A DNA stretch of 64,000 nt, taken from Pristiophorus japonicus. Taxonomy: Eukaryota. The position numbers and the translations under genes are program-made. The notes below the pieces were generated by a model that saw only the letters and a program-made list of their open reading frames with translations, did no database searches and had not been told where the DNA came from. Shown here piece after piece: positions 39,316 through 50,749 of the stretch (its first letter is position 1; each line of letters opens with the position of its first letter). The stretch is from contig NC_091999.1 in the NCBI RefSeq assembly GCF_044704955.1, positions 50,158,001 to 50,222,000 on the forward strand, in the 5' to 3' direction.

Positions 39316-39398
39316 TACCAGGACTGGGGTTCAAACCCACGCGGGTATAAACCCATTAGATCTTAAGTCCAACGCATTTACCACTCGGCCATCCTGGT
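39316..39398 (-). pseudogene. tRNA-Leu(TAA), near-intact, probable pseudogene
   Basis: Differs from the 36028 copy by C56>T (GTTTGAAC), a T-stem C>G, a D-stem G>T and a G:U pair in the anticodon stem. Confidence 0.85.
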
Positions 39399-39917
39399 CC
39401 TGATCCTGTCAGAACTTGGGCTCTGCCTGTGAGAATCTGAGCTTCAGCTCCACGCCCACAGCGACACACAGACACATAGGATTTCAGGGAGCATTTACGA
39501 ACATTTTTCGTTATATTGACACGGGCGCAACTCTCCTATTCTTTTTCGACTAAGGCTCTGGGAACTTTCACATCCACCCGAGTGTGCAGATGGAGCTTCA
39601 ATTTAAAATTTCAGCCGATGGTCAACAGCTTCAACAATGCAACATTCCCCAAGTACTGCATTTGAGTGTCAGCCAAGATGATGTGTTCAAGTCTCAGAAG
39701 TGGGACTTACACACACAACCTCCTGATTCAGTCGAGAATGGAGCCACTGAACCAAAACCGATATCAGAGATCACAACCATATTATTTTCCGCAAGTTTTT
39801 TAAAAAGTTCCAGGACGTACCAAATTCATCGTGATGATTTCCATAAAGAGTTGCACGTACACAGATACATACATACAGATAGGCATGCACACACAATAAC
39901 CAAAGATGTACACGCAT

Positions 39918-40622
39918 CAACATAGAAATATAGAAATTAGGTGCAGGTATATGCCATTTGGCCCTTCGAGCCTGCACCATCATTCAATAAGATCATGGCT
40001 TATCGTTCAACCTCAGCACCCCATTCCTGCTTTCTGTCCATACCCCTTGATCCCTTTAGCCATAAGGGTCCTTTTGAAAATATCTAACGAACTGGCCTCA
40101 ACGTCATTCTGCGGTAGAAAATTTCACAGGTTAACCACTCTCTGAATGAAGAAGTTTCTCCTCATCTCGGTCCTAAATTGCTTACACCTTATTCTTAGAC
40201 TGTGATCCTTGGTCTCGAACACCCCAGCAACGAGAACATTCTTCCAGCCTCGAAGCTGTCCAATCTCGTCAGAATTTTATATGTTTTTATGAGATCCCCT
40301 CTCATTCTTCTAAACTCCAGTGGATACCAGCCCAGTTGATCCAGTCTCTCGTCATATGTCAGTCCTGCCATTCCGGGAATCATGCTAGTGAACCTTCGCT
40401 GTGTTTCCTCAATAGCAAGAACGTCCTTCCTCAGATTTGGAGACCAAAACTGAACACAATATTTAAGGTGTAGCCTCACCAAGTTGTACAATTGTAGTAA
40501 AACCTCCCTGCTCCTATTCTCAAATCCCCTCGCTCATAAGGCGAACATGCCATTTGCCTTCTTTACCGCCTTCTGCACCTGCATACCAACAATCAATGAC
40601 TGATGTACCATGACACCCAGAT
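39918..40622 (-). mobile_element. CR1 3' fragment co-amplified with the array (copy 3 of 3)
   Basis: [17 protein letters not shown]; shared junctions. Confidence 0.9.
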
Positions 40623-41156
40623 CAAGATATACATAGGTTGCCTTAGACAAATAGATCGATAGACAGGCAGGGTCACTGTCGCTACTTTGGCTGGCTTTTG
40701 CGTTTTTCAGTCGAGGATGCTGCCACTGAACCAAAGCCGATACCAAAGTTCACAACCGTATTATTTTCCCCAAGTCTTTTTTAAAAGTTCCAGAACATAC
40801 CAAATTCATGGTGATGATTTTCACAGACAGTTGCACATACACAGGGACATAGATACAGATAGACAGACACAGCGACACACACACATCAATAACCAAAAAT
40901 ATACATGCACCAACGGACATGCACAGATGCCTTATACATATAACGGGATAGACAGGCTGAATCACTTTCGCTACTTAGGCTGATTTTTGCGTTTTTCTAT
41001 CTGTATGCATCGTGAATATTGCAGATATTGAGATATTGCAAAAAATGAGAAATAGATTCCAGTGTTGAAAGGTGTGGGACGTTCTTCCGCCGATCTCAGG
41101 ATCAGTTTTGCAAAAACCTGGTTAAATTGTAAAATGGAATGAAAAATGCTGAGAAT

Positions 41157-41238
41157 CAGAGCAGGCAGGATTCGTTCCTGCGCGGGGTAAACCCAAAGGA
41201 TTTCGAGAACATCGCGTTAACCACTCGGCGACAACTAC
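41157..41238 (-). pseudogene. tRNA-Ser pseudogene (CGA anticodon)
   Basis: Ser body; B box damaged (GGAACGAATCC); acceptor stem broken. Confidence 0.78.
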
Positions 41239-41457
41239 TGCGTCTCTGGCACTTTAAATTTTGCTCAGAAAAAACTCAGTCATCCATCTCTGTGCAGCAG
41301 ACGGCCACAGAATCCTGAAAAAGTCTCCGTTTGCAAAAAATCTGGAAGAGTCAATCTCCTCTTGCTGTATCTTTACTGTTCTATAGTGCTCTGATACTTT
41401 TTAATATGAATCTATACCAAGAAACAGAAGTAAAATTCGACATTTTGGAAAAGCTGC

Positions 41458-41529
41458 TTGTTTATTGGGGAATTGAACCCGGTTCTCCCACGTAACAGGC
41501 AGGGATAGTCACCACTATGCGGATGAGAA
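41458..41529 (-). pseudogene. tRNA-Asp-derived pseudogene (anticodon GTT)
   Basis: GCATAGTGGTGACTATCCCTGCCTGTTACGTGGGAGAACCGGGTTCAATTCCCC. Confidence 0.78.
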
Positions 41530-42238
41530 TACGGGCTGTGGTGAAGCAGTTATCGAGCTGTGAAAATAAGTCGACAGACACATTGAGAGACAGAGACAAA
41601 CCGACAAACATGGAGAGACAGACAGCGAGATAGAGACAACGAGAGACAGAAAGTGTGAGACTGAGAAGGAGAGGCAGACTGAGTGAGAAAAAGACTCAAA
41701 CATATACATATACAGTGATGTGTCTGTGTGTGATCTATTAAGAGAGAGGGAAAGAGTGAGAGAAAGACAGTGATAAACACAGTGACAAGCAGAGAGACAG
41801 ATAGAGAGAGAGCGATAGAGACTAAAACAGAAAATGAAGGAAATACTTCTCAGCTTACAGGCAGGGACTCACAGAGACAGGCAAAGACATGGACAGACCG
41901 AAATGATGGGAAAGAGAGAGCCAGTCAGACAAAGAGTCTGAGAGAATCCCATTGGAACAGATGTGGCACCGTGAGAAAGAGACAGATTGAGAGACAGAGA
42001 CAAACAGGGAACCAGGGACAGACAGAGTGAGTCAGACTGACAGAGACAAAGACACAAACATACAAAACTCTCTGAAGAGAGAGAGAGAGGCAGAGACCGA
42101 ACGACACAGATACATTTCACAATTTCATTTCATTATCGGTTCAGAGTGTCACATTGTTACAGAAAATTGCTGATTCAACCGATGAAAATCCGGACTCATT
42201 GATCAGAATGGGAGCAAATCCGTGTTAAATTAAAGAGA

Positions 42239-42319
42239 TACCAGGAGTGGGGTACGAACCCACGCGGGGAACACCATTGAATTTTAAGGCCAACGCCTCA
42301 ACCACTCGGCTATCCTGGT
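42239..42319 (-). pseudogene. tRNA-Leu(TAA) pseudogene
   Basis: Acceptor stem intact; T loop mutated (GTTCGTAC); anticodon stem TTGGC/TTCAA as in the 30418 copy. Confidence 0.85.
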
Positions 42320-42484
42320 CCTGTGAGAACCTGGATTCTGTCTCTGTGAGAATCTGGGCTTCAACCCCAACCCCACATACAAACACATACACATCGGCTT
42401 TCAGTGAGCATTTTTGAACATTTTTAGTAATATTGACACGGGGGCAATATCCAGATATTTTTGTTTTTGTATCCCCTCAAAACA

Positions 42485-42728
42485 ATACTATTTAGATGGT
42501 ACTGCCTCTCCATGTTCCACCCAAAGTATACCGCTTCTTAATTATCCGCATTAAATTGCACTGCCATGTCCCGGCCCATTTCACTCGTCTCTCTGATTCC
42601 TCTTCAAGTCTGTTACTATCATGCTCACTATTGGCTACGTTGCCAGGTTTTGCTTCATCTTCGAACTTCGAGATGGAATCCCTATAACCAAGTCCAGGTC
42701 ATTGTTATATAACAAGAACAACAATGGG
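42485..42728 (-). mobile_element. Old CR1 internal fragment
   Basis: Minus strand NDLDL...ISKFEDEAKPG...WQCNLMRIIK, a degenerate FADD region. Confidence 0.6.
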
Positions 42729-42895
42729 AATTGAAATGGACCGTTTTAAGGAGAAACTTCCAATTAACCGGATTTTGGAATGGTATTTAATTCGGATTAT
42801 TTATTGAGTGGGAGGAAGGAGGAAACTCAAGAGACGTCCATTCAATAGGATGGAATAGAGCCCAGATCATAGTGCGCTGAGTAGGGAGAAACTGC

Positions 42896-43083
42896 TTCCG
42901 CTGTTTGGCGATGGACTACTCCCCCAAAATCACCAGTTTTTCCTGGAAGAAAGATAAAATCACCAGCCTTTCCTGGAAGAAAGATAAAGAGCCGGTTAAC
43001 CATCACCGAGTCAGAGGTGTGCAGTAGCACCATCTACTGCGAGGTTTGACGTGGTGTGTCGGTCTGGGCCATCACAATGCCAG
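42896..43083 (+). pseudogene. IGHM: IgM heavy chain Cmu1 exon remnant (5'-truncated)
   Basis: CLAMDYSPKITSFSWKKDK...LTITESEVCSSTIYCEV*RGVSVW...P then G|GTTAGT donor; matches shark Cmu1 as remembered (GCLAMDY..ITSVSWKKD..LTITESEV..IYCEVRRG). Confidence 0.88.
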
Positions 43084-43162
43084 GTTAGTGATGTGGGATA
43101 GAGGGCAAACTGTGATAAGATGAGAAGGTATGTTCAACTTGTACAGAAATTTGGTTAGACGA

Positions 43163-43575
43163 CACTGAGAGTGCTGTGTACAGTTCTGGTCTCCATATTA
43201 CACTTAGAATGATGTGTACAGTTCTGTTCTCCAGATCACACTTAGAGTACTGTGTATAGTTCTGGTCTCCCTATCGCACTTAAAATACTGTGCACCGTTC
43301 TGGTCTCCCATATCACAATTAAAATACTGTGTATAATTCTGGTCTCTCTATCATACTTAGAATATTATGCACAGTTCTGGTTTCCATATCACATTTAGAA
43401 TACTGTCCACAGTTCAGGTCTCCATATCATACCAAGAATATTGTTTACAGTTCTGGTCTCCTAATCACTCTTGGAATACTGTGTAACGTTCTGGTCTCCA
43501 GATCATACTAAGAATATTATGCACAGTTCCGGTCTGCAGATTACACTGAGAAGACTGTGCACAGTTCTGCTCTCT
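43163..43575. repeat. 38-bp minisatellite (~11 copies) derived from CR1 ORF2
   Basis: Consensus CACTTAGAATACTGTGTACAGTTCTGGTCTCCATATCA, equal to the CR1 [11 protein letters not shown] segment. Confidence 0.9.
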
Positions 43576-43692
43576 GTAAATGCCAGGTTAGTGTTAGTCT
43601 GACAGCGAGGAACCTGTTAAAATATAAGGACACTTTGCATTTCTTAATGATTGATTTTGCAAGCAATGTCAATAATTTGTCTTCTCTTGAAG

Positions 43693-44010
43693 ATCCTGAA
43701 CGCGACATCATTCCTCCAACTGTTCTCCTCACGCTGAGTTCTACTGAACAAATCACCAGCAGCAGATATGCAAGCGCCGTGTGTTCAATCATCGATTTCC
43801 GGCCAAAGTCACTGACCGTGAATTGGCTGGAGAGTGGACAACTCCTGGATTCTGGCTCCGTCACCTCTCCCGTCTTTGAGGTGAACGGGAACTTCTCGGC
43901 GGCCAGTCGGCTGACAGTCCCCGCCGAGGAATGGTTCACCGGCTCGGTCTACACCTGCTAGGTCACTCATGAAGTGGTCACGCAAAGCCGTAACTTCACC
44001 AGATCTCAGG
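43693..44010 (+). pseudogene. IGHM: IgM Cmu2 exon with premature stop
   Basis: AG acceptor 43691-2 and GTAAG donor 44011; PPTVLLT...CSIIDF.PKS.TVNWL...[17 protein letters not shown]...VYTC*VTH..TQSRN; TAG at 43959-43961. Confidence 0.93.
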
Positions 44011-44149
44011 GTAAGAAGCACAATCCCGAGAGGTTACAGACCATTCTGAGCGCTGATCTCAGTCAGGACTTTTATTGAAATTAGTAAAAAGCACCGAACT
44101 ATTCCTAATTTCCAATCATGCAGTTTGTATATTCTTGTGATTACAAACT

Positions 44150-44570
44150 TGCCTTGAAACAGCGCCTTCAGCGACCTTAGTCTAAACCAAATCGCTTGCC
44201 AGCCAATGAATTAAGTTGTGAAATGTGGTCACAGTTGTAATGTACAACGTGCAGCAATCATTTAGTGCACAGCAATCTCCCACAAACAGCAGTGTGATAA
44301 TGACCAGATTATATTTTGCTTAGTGGTGTTTTTTGAGCTATAAATATTCCCAGGCCACGAAGGAAAAGTCCTCGGCTTTTCATTGAAATAGGTCCAGGGA
44401 ATCATTTACGTCCACCTAAGAGGCCAGACGGATCCGCGGTTTAACACGTGATCCGAAAGACGGCACCTCCGACAGTGCACCACGCCCCCAGTACTGCACT
44501 GGGAGACACAGCTTACATTTTGTGATCAAGTATCTGGAGTGGGACTTCAACCCACGATCTTCTGGTTCAG
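44150..44570 (-). mobile_element. DeuSINE (SacSINE1-like)
   Basis: Homologous to 6055-6481 over core and tail. Confidence 0.78.
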
Positions 44571-44769
44571 GATTCCTCATTGTTCAGGATTTAATAAACT
44601 CGCCAACGAAGCTTTCCCCCTGCTCTGATTTCAGGCAGTGAGTAACGTGCCCTTATTCTCAGGTTTATCCTGAGTTGGCTGATTATATACGGAGCGGCAG
44701 TCGGAGTCTGGAACCCTTTACTGCTAACTGTCCAGGAACCCACTGTTGGAATGGGCATCTACCCTATTC

Positions 44770-45265
44770 AGAGCGCTGAGTCCAATTCTGGGCTCCGCAC
44801 CTCAGGAAGGACATACTGGTCATGGAGGCGGTAAAGTGCAGGTTTATCCGAATGATACCGGAGCTAATAAAATAAAATGATGAGGAGACGAGCAGAGAAT
44901 ATTAAGAGGTGATACAATTGAGGTGTTCAAGTAGATAAATACAATTGATCAAGTAGATATAGAACAATTATTTCCTTTGACGGAAAAGTCCAGAACAAAT
45001 AGCAGAATCTTAAAATTAGAGCGAGATCTTGCGGAAGTGATGTCAGGAAGGATTTCTTCACAGGAAGTCTGGATTTCCCTCTCCAAAAGCTGCTGAAGTT
45101 TGGTTTCAATTCAGAACTGAGATTGATTGATTTTTGTTAGGCAAGATTATCAAGTGTTACAGAACTAAGGCGTGAATATGGTGTTGACTGTAGATCAGCC
45201 CTGATCTAACTGGATTGCGGGACAGGATGGATGGGCTGAATGGCCTCCTCCTGTTCCTATGTTGC
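44770..45265 (+). mobile_element. Old CR1 3' fragment
   Basis: QFWAPHLRKDIL...RFIRMIPE, plus 3' UTR GAATGGCCTCCTCCTGTTCCTATG. Confidence 0.8.
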
Positions 45266-45658
45266 TATTAATGCCCTGAGATCATATTTAACTCTGACTC
45301 TCTCTCACCAGACATGATAAATGTTCAGTAATGACAGAAATTAACAAACTACATCACATCATTACAAATGATGCCCCACCACAAAAGACCCTTTGGAACT
45401 CCATTCTCCCGACCTTGAACTTCTCCTCTGACGGGGGCTGTGACTGGTTCCTGCACATTTTCACCGCAATAAAGATCACAGCAAGTGACCAGAAACATAA
45501 CTTTGTTTCCTGCTGTCCCATAAATCCTGAAATTAATTTGACACTTGTTTTGAACCAGAGTAATGCTGGTGTAGACCTCTAGACCTTCGGGCTATTTGGG
45601 TTACACTATTATAACCAGCGGAGATGCGTTTGGATGCAAGGATCTACAGATGGGTGTA

Positions 45659-48419
45659 AACATAGAAACATAGAAACATAGAAAATAGGTGCAGGAGTAG
45701 GCCATTCGGCCCTTCTAGCCTGCACCGCCATTCAATGAGTTCATGGCTGAACATTCAACCTCAGTACCCTATTTCTGCTTTCTCGCCATACCCCTTGATC
45801 CCCCTAGTAGTAAGGACCTCATCTAACTCCTTTTTGAATATATTTAGTGAATTGGCCTCAACAACTTTCTGTGGGTAGAGAATTCCACAGGTTCACCACT
45901 CTCTGGGTGAAGAGGTTCCTCCGCATCTCGGTCCTAAATGGCTTACCCCTTATCCTTAGACTGTGACCTCTGGTTCTGGACTTCCCCAACATTGGGAACA
46001 TTCTTCCTGCATCTAAACTGTCTAACCCCGTCAGAATTTTAAATGTTTCTATGAGTTCCCCTCTCATTCTTCTGAACTCCAGTGAATACAAGCCCAGTTG
46101 ATCCAGTCTTTCTTGATAGGTCAGTGCCGCCATCCCGGTAATCAGTCTGGTGAACCTTCGCTGCACTCCCTCAATAGCAAGAATGTCCTTCCTCAGGTTA
46201 GGAGACCAAAACTGTACACAATACTCCAGGTGTGGCCTCAACAATGCCCTGTACAACTGTAGCAACACCTCCCTGCCCCTGTACTCAAATCCCCTTGCTA
46301 TGAAGGCCAACATTCCATTTGCTTTCTTAACCGCCTGCTGAACCTGCATACCAACCTTCAATGACTGATGTATCATGACACTCAGGTCTCTTTGCACCTC
46401 CCCTTTTCCTAATCTGTCACCATTCAGATTATAGTCTGTCTCTCTGTTTTTACCACCAAAGTGGATAACCTCACATTTATCCACATTATACTTCATCTGC
46501 CATGCATTTGCCCACTCACCTAACCTATCCAAGTCGCTCTGCAGCCTCACAGCATCCTCCTCGCAGCTCACACTGCCACCCAACTTAGTGTCATCCGCAA
46601 ATTTGGAGATACTACATTTAATCCCCTCATCTAAATCATTAATGTACAGTGTAAACAGCTGGGGCCCCAGCACAGAACCTTGAGGTACCCCACTAGTCAC
46701 TGCCTGCCATTCTGAAAAGTACCCATTTACTCCTACACTTTGCTTCCTGTTTGACAACCAGTTCTCAATCCATGTCAGTACACTACCCCCAATCCCATGT
46801 GCTCTAACCTTGCACATCAATCTCTTGTGTGGGACCTTGTCGAACGCCTTCTGAAAGTCCAAATATACCACATCAACTGGTTCTCCCTTATCCACTCTAC
46901 TGGAAACATCCTCAAAAAATTCCAAAAGATTTGTCAAGCATGATTTCCCTTTCACAAATCCATGCTGACTTGGACCTATCATGTCACCTCTTTCCAAATG
47001 CACTGCTATGACATCCTTAATAATTGATTCCATCATTTTACCCACTACCGATGTCAGGCTGACCGCTCTATAATTCCCTGTTTTCTCTCTCCCTCCTTTT
47101 TTAAAAAGTGGAGTTACATTGGCTACCCTCCACTCCATCGGAACTGATCCAGAGTCAATGGAATGTTGGAAAATGACTGTCAACGCATCCACTATTTCCA
47201 AGGCCACCTCCTTAAGTACTCTGGATGCTGTCCATCAGGTCCTGGGGATTTATCGGCCTTCAATCCCATCAATTTCCCCAACACAATTTCGCGGCTAATA
47301 AGGATTTCCCTCAGTTCCTCCTCCTTACTAGACGCCCCGACCCCTTTTATAACCGGAAGGTTGTTCGTGTCCTCCTTCGTGAATACCGAACCAAAGTACT
47401 TGTTCAATTGGTCCGCCATTTCTTTGTTCCCCGTTATGACTTCCCCTGATTCTGACTGCAGGGGACCTACGTTTGTCTTTACTAACCTTTTTCTCTTTAC
47501 ATATCTATAGAAACTTTTGCAATCCGTCTTAATGTTCCCTGCAAGCTTCTTCTCATACTCCATTTTCCCTGCCCCAATCAAACCCTTTGTCCTCCTCTGC
47601 TGAGTTCTAAATTTCTCCCAGTCCCCAGGTTCGCTGCTATTTCTGGCCAATTTGTATGCCACTTCCTTGGCTTTAATACTATCCCTGATTTCCCTTGATA
47701 GCCACGGTTGAGCCACCTTCCCTTTTTTACTTTTATGCCAGACAGGAATGTACAATTGTTGTAGTTCATCCATGCGATCTCTAAATGTCTGCCATTGCCC
47801 ATCCACAGTCAACCCCTTAAGTATCATTCGCCAATCCATCCCAGCCAATTCACGCCTCATACCTTCAAAGTTAGCCTTCTTTAACTTCTGGACCATGGTC
47901 TCTGAATTAACTGTTTCATTCTCCATCCCAATGCAGAATTCCACCATATTATGGTCACTCTTCCCCAAGGGGCCTCGCACAACGAGATTGCTAATTAATC
48001 CTCTCTCATTACATAACACCCAGTCGAAGATGGCCTCCCCGCTAGTTGGTTCCTCGACTTATTGGTCTAAAAAACCATCTCTTATGCACTCCAGAAAATC
48101 CTCCTCCACCGTATTGCTTCCAGTTTGGTTAGCCCAATCTATGTGCATATTAAAGTCACCCATTATAACTGCTGCACCTTTATTGCACGCACCCCTAATT
48201 TCCTGTTTGATGCCCTCCCCAACATCACTACTACTGTTTGGAGGTCTGTACACAACTCCCACTAACGTTTTTTGCCCTTTGGTGTTCTGCAGCTCTACCC
48301 ATATAGATTCCACATCATCCAAGCTAATGTCCTTCCTCACTATTGCCTTAATCTCCTCCTTAACCAGCAATGCTACCCCACCTCCTTTTCCTTTTATTCT
48401 ATCCTTCCTGAATGTTGAA
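45659..48419 (-). mobile_element. Young CR1, most of ORF2, in the Cmu2-Cmu3 intron
   Basis: ORFs of 103, 275 and 449 aa covering endonuclease to RT (KFADDTK) with few lesions; (CATAGAAA)n tail. Confidence 0.96.
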
Positions 48420-48730
48420 GCAGCAAGGGATTTCAGGATGAGCGCTCTTCAGTGCCTAACACAATAGCACCACAATGTATTCCCGTTTTACGCCGGTTAT
48501 TTGCTTCACAGCCCATTACAGGTGGCTCTGGCTTCAAATACACAGGAAATGTTACAGATCTCCCGGAATCGTTGCCAATACATTGTCCTTCCAATAACGC
48601 CGGTGTTAAAGCAGCAGCGTGAGGTTGATATCTCAAAAGTGATTTGTCCCCCTTGAACGAGTTAAGGCTAAAAATTGGTGTCCGGATTCTGAAGATGCAG
48701 CTTTTCCTGACTTTCATTCCTGTTTTGCAG

Positions 48731-49038
48731 TGGATGTCCCATGCAGCGATTCAAAAATCACTCTTCGCCCACAGTCACTGGCACAGGACTTACTGGAGCG
48801 ACGGTGACCTTAAACTGCGTCGTGTCTGATGCTCCTTATGGGCTCACCGTGTCCTGGACCTGAGAAAAGGAGGCTTTGAAATCAGAGACTGCCGTCTAAC
48901 ACGGAGAGGATCCCAGCAGCGTAATCAGCAACTTAAACATCTCGACACAAGACTGGCTGAGTGGGGATAAGTTCTACTGGATGGTGAGCCATCAGGATAT
49001 ACCGACTCCTATCAGAGATTCCATCCACAAGGAAAAGG
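48731..49038 (+). pseudogene. IGHM: IgM Cmu3 exon, disabled
   Basis: TTTTGCAG acceptor; VPCSD..LLE(frameshift)[67 protein letters not shown]; second Cys>Trp; donor GT not seen. Confidence 0.92.
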
Positions 49039-49928
49039 GATAGCGCGGAGATTGTTACAATAAGTCAGATACTGTGACTATTTCTGCTGCATGTGCAAGG
49101 GCCAATTCATTATTTAAAGTGTTTAATGGGCTACTCTGATCATTCAGTTTGGTAATTCCACGAACTCAGCACTCTGGGACCTGATGTTATGTATTTTAGG
49201 GGAAACTGGATAAGTCCATGAGCGAGAAAGGAATAGAATGGTATGTTATTAGGATGAGATTAAGTGAGCTAGGAAGAGGCATGTGTGGAACATACACACC
49301 AGCATAGACCAGTTGGCCAAATCTCCTTGATCTGTGCAGTAAATTCAACTCCAACCCTTCAAGATTTCAGAGAGAAAGATTATGTTCACTCTGCTGCGGG
49401 ATGGTAAACCAGAGAGGCCCCAGAGGGGATATAATAAAGCGTTAAATGTCAACGAAGAGCATATTTCTCTGACGTACAACCACGGGACATTGGCGAATGT
49501 AAACAGAGAAAGCGAGTTGGTGGTGGCCTCAAAGGCCACCCGGGAGCAGAGGAGGATTGGAATCCGAGTGAGGAGCTCTCGGATCGCGGGGGGTGGGTTA
49601 GGCAGGGAACCTGGATCCAGGAGGGAGGTGTAAGGGCAATAACCACCTGGGTGCAGCTGTAACTGCTGGGATTTACACAGTATGTCAAGCCGGACCAGCT
49701 ACAGTTAAAAACCGAATGGAGGTTAAAATAGAGGATTCCAGCCTCCTATAAATATATTATTCAAATACAATATTACAACCAGGAGTGGTCGGGTTGATGT
49801 CGGGATGCCGATTTTTACCAATTTAATCACCCCCACAGCCTCAATACGCCTGCTTTATTAGATTAAAACTCCCACCATTGTATCTGGAACTGTCCAGTTC
49901 ATTTGCCTTTATTGTAACTGTTCTACAG

Positions 49929-50319
49929 CGAAAGATCCACGGGAACCAGCCGTGTCTGTCCTCCTGCCCTCGGCAGAAGAAGTCTCTACTCAGAGGTTGG
50001 TCAGCCTCACCTGCTTAGTGAGAGGTTTCTCCACCCGAGAGATCTTCGTCAAATGGACCGTCAAGGACAAGCCGGTGGTTCCGACAACTACCTTAACACC
50101 GAGGTGATGGCGGAGAATGGCAGCAGATCCTTCTTCCTGTACAGCCTGCTATACATTGCAGCCGAGGAGTGGGCCCGCGGCGCCTCTTACTCCTGTGTGG
50201 TGGGACATGAAGCGATTTCCTTGAAAATCACCAACAGAACCATCAATAAATTCAGAGGTAAACCCTGTTTTGTGAACATTTCCCTTGCTCTGATGGACAA
50301 CATCAATTCTTATCAATGA
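49929..50319 (+). pseudogene. IGHM: IgM Cmu4 exon plus secretory tailpiece, frameshifted
   Basis: [16 protein letters not shown]...[16 protein letters not shown](frameshift ~50080)NTEVMAEN...[20 protein letters not shown]...[20 protein letters not shown]; internal donor G|GTAAA at 50258. Confidence 0.94.
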
Positions 50320-50357
50320 GAATCTCTCGATTGCCTTTCAGTTCTTAAGTAAAAAAC

Positions 50358-50363
50358 AATAAA
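50358..50363 (+). promoter_or_regulatory. Secretory-form poly(A) signal
   Basis: AATAAA ~40 nt after the tailpiece stop. Confidence 0.75.
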
Positions 50364-50749
50364 GGCCTTTTCTTCCAATCGTGAGTTACACACACAGCCG
50401 CTCAATTAATTTTGTTTCCTATTTTAGCCAAGGGGTGCGCTGTTAATCTGAAGCAGAATATTTGTCGGACTTGTGGCCAAAGCTGGTACATTCAGCGCTC
50501 TCAGCTCATATACACCACAGGTTGGAGAGAAAGAGAAGCTCTTTAATGACAGGATACCTCAAAGTCATTTCAGCAACTTTCGTCCCACTGGGAGAATCTG
50601 CATAGTTCTATTTCCCGATAAACAAATGCTGTACATTTATATTTCGGTGCCCTTGTTTCTCGTGTTGTCCATCCCTTCAGATTTGGGGACAATTTATTTG
50701 GCAGCATCGCACACTCTGGGATCTGAAATGAGGTCCACACACGAACACG

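Larger units (their letters stand above)
24068..42450. repeat. Tandem macrosatellite of tRNA-bearing units (2.3-3.3 kb): Leu, SINE piece, optional CR1 piece, Ser, Asp, AG/AC-rich block
   Basis: Leu at 24268, 30418, 32698, 36028, 39316, 42239; Ser at 31253, 34518, 37866, 41157; Asp at 24779, 31524, 34817, 38151, 41458; spacers clearly homologous between units. Confidence 0.93.

Noticed and set aside
43163-43575. CRISPR-like array or Ig switch region
   Set aside because: Head-to-tail units with no unique spacers, eukaryotic context and CR1 origin; not AGCT-rich and located 3' of Cmu1
43693-50319. IgNAR or IgW identity for the Ig exons
   Set aside because: Four C domains and motifs ([40 protein letters not shown]) match shark IgM
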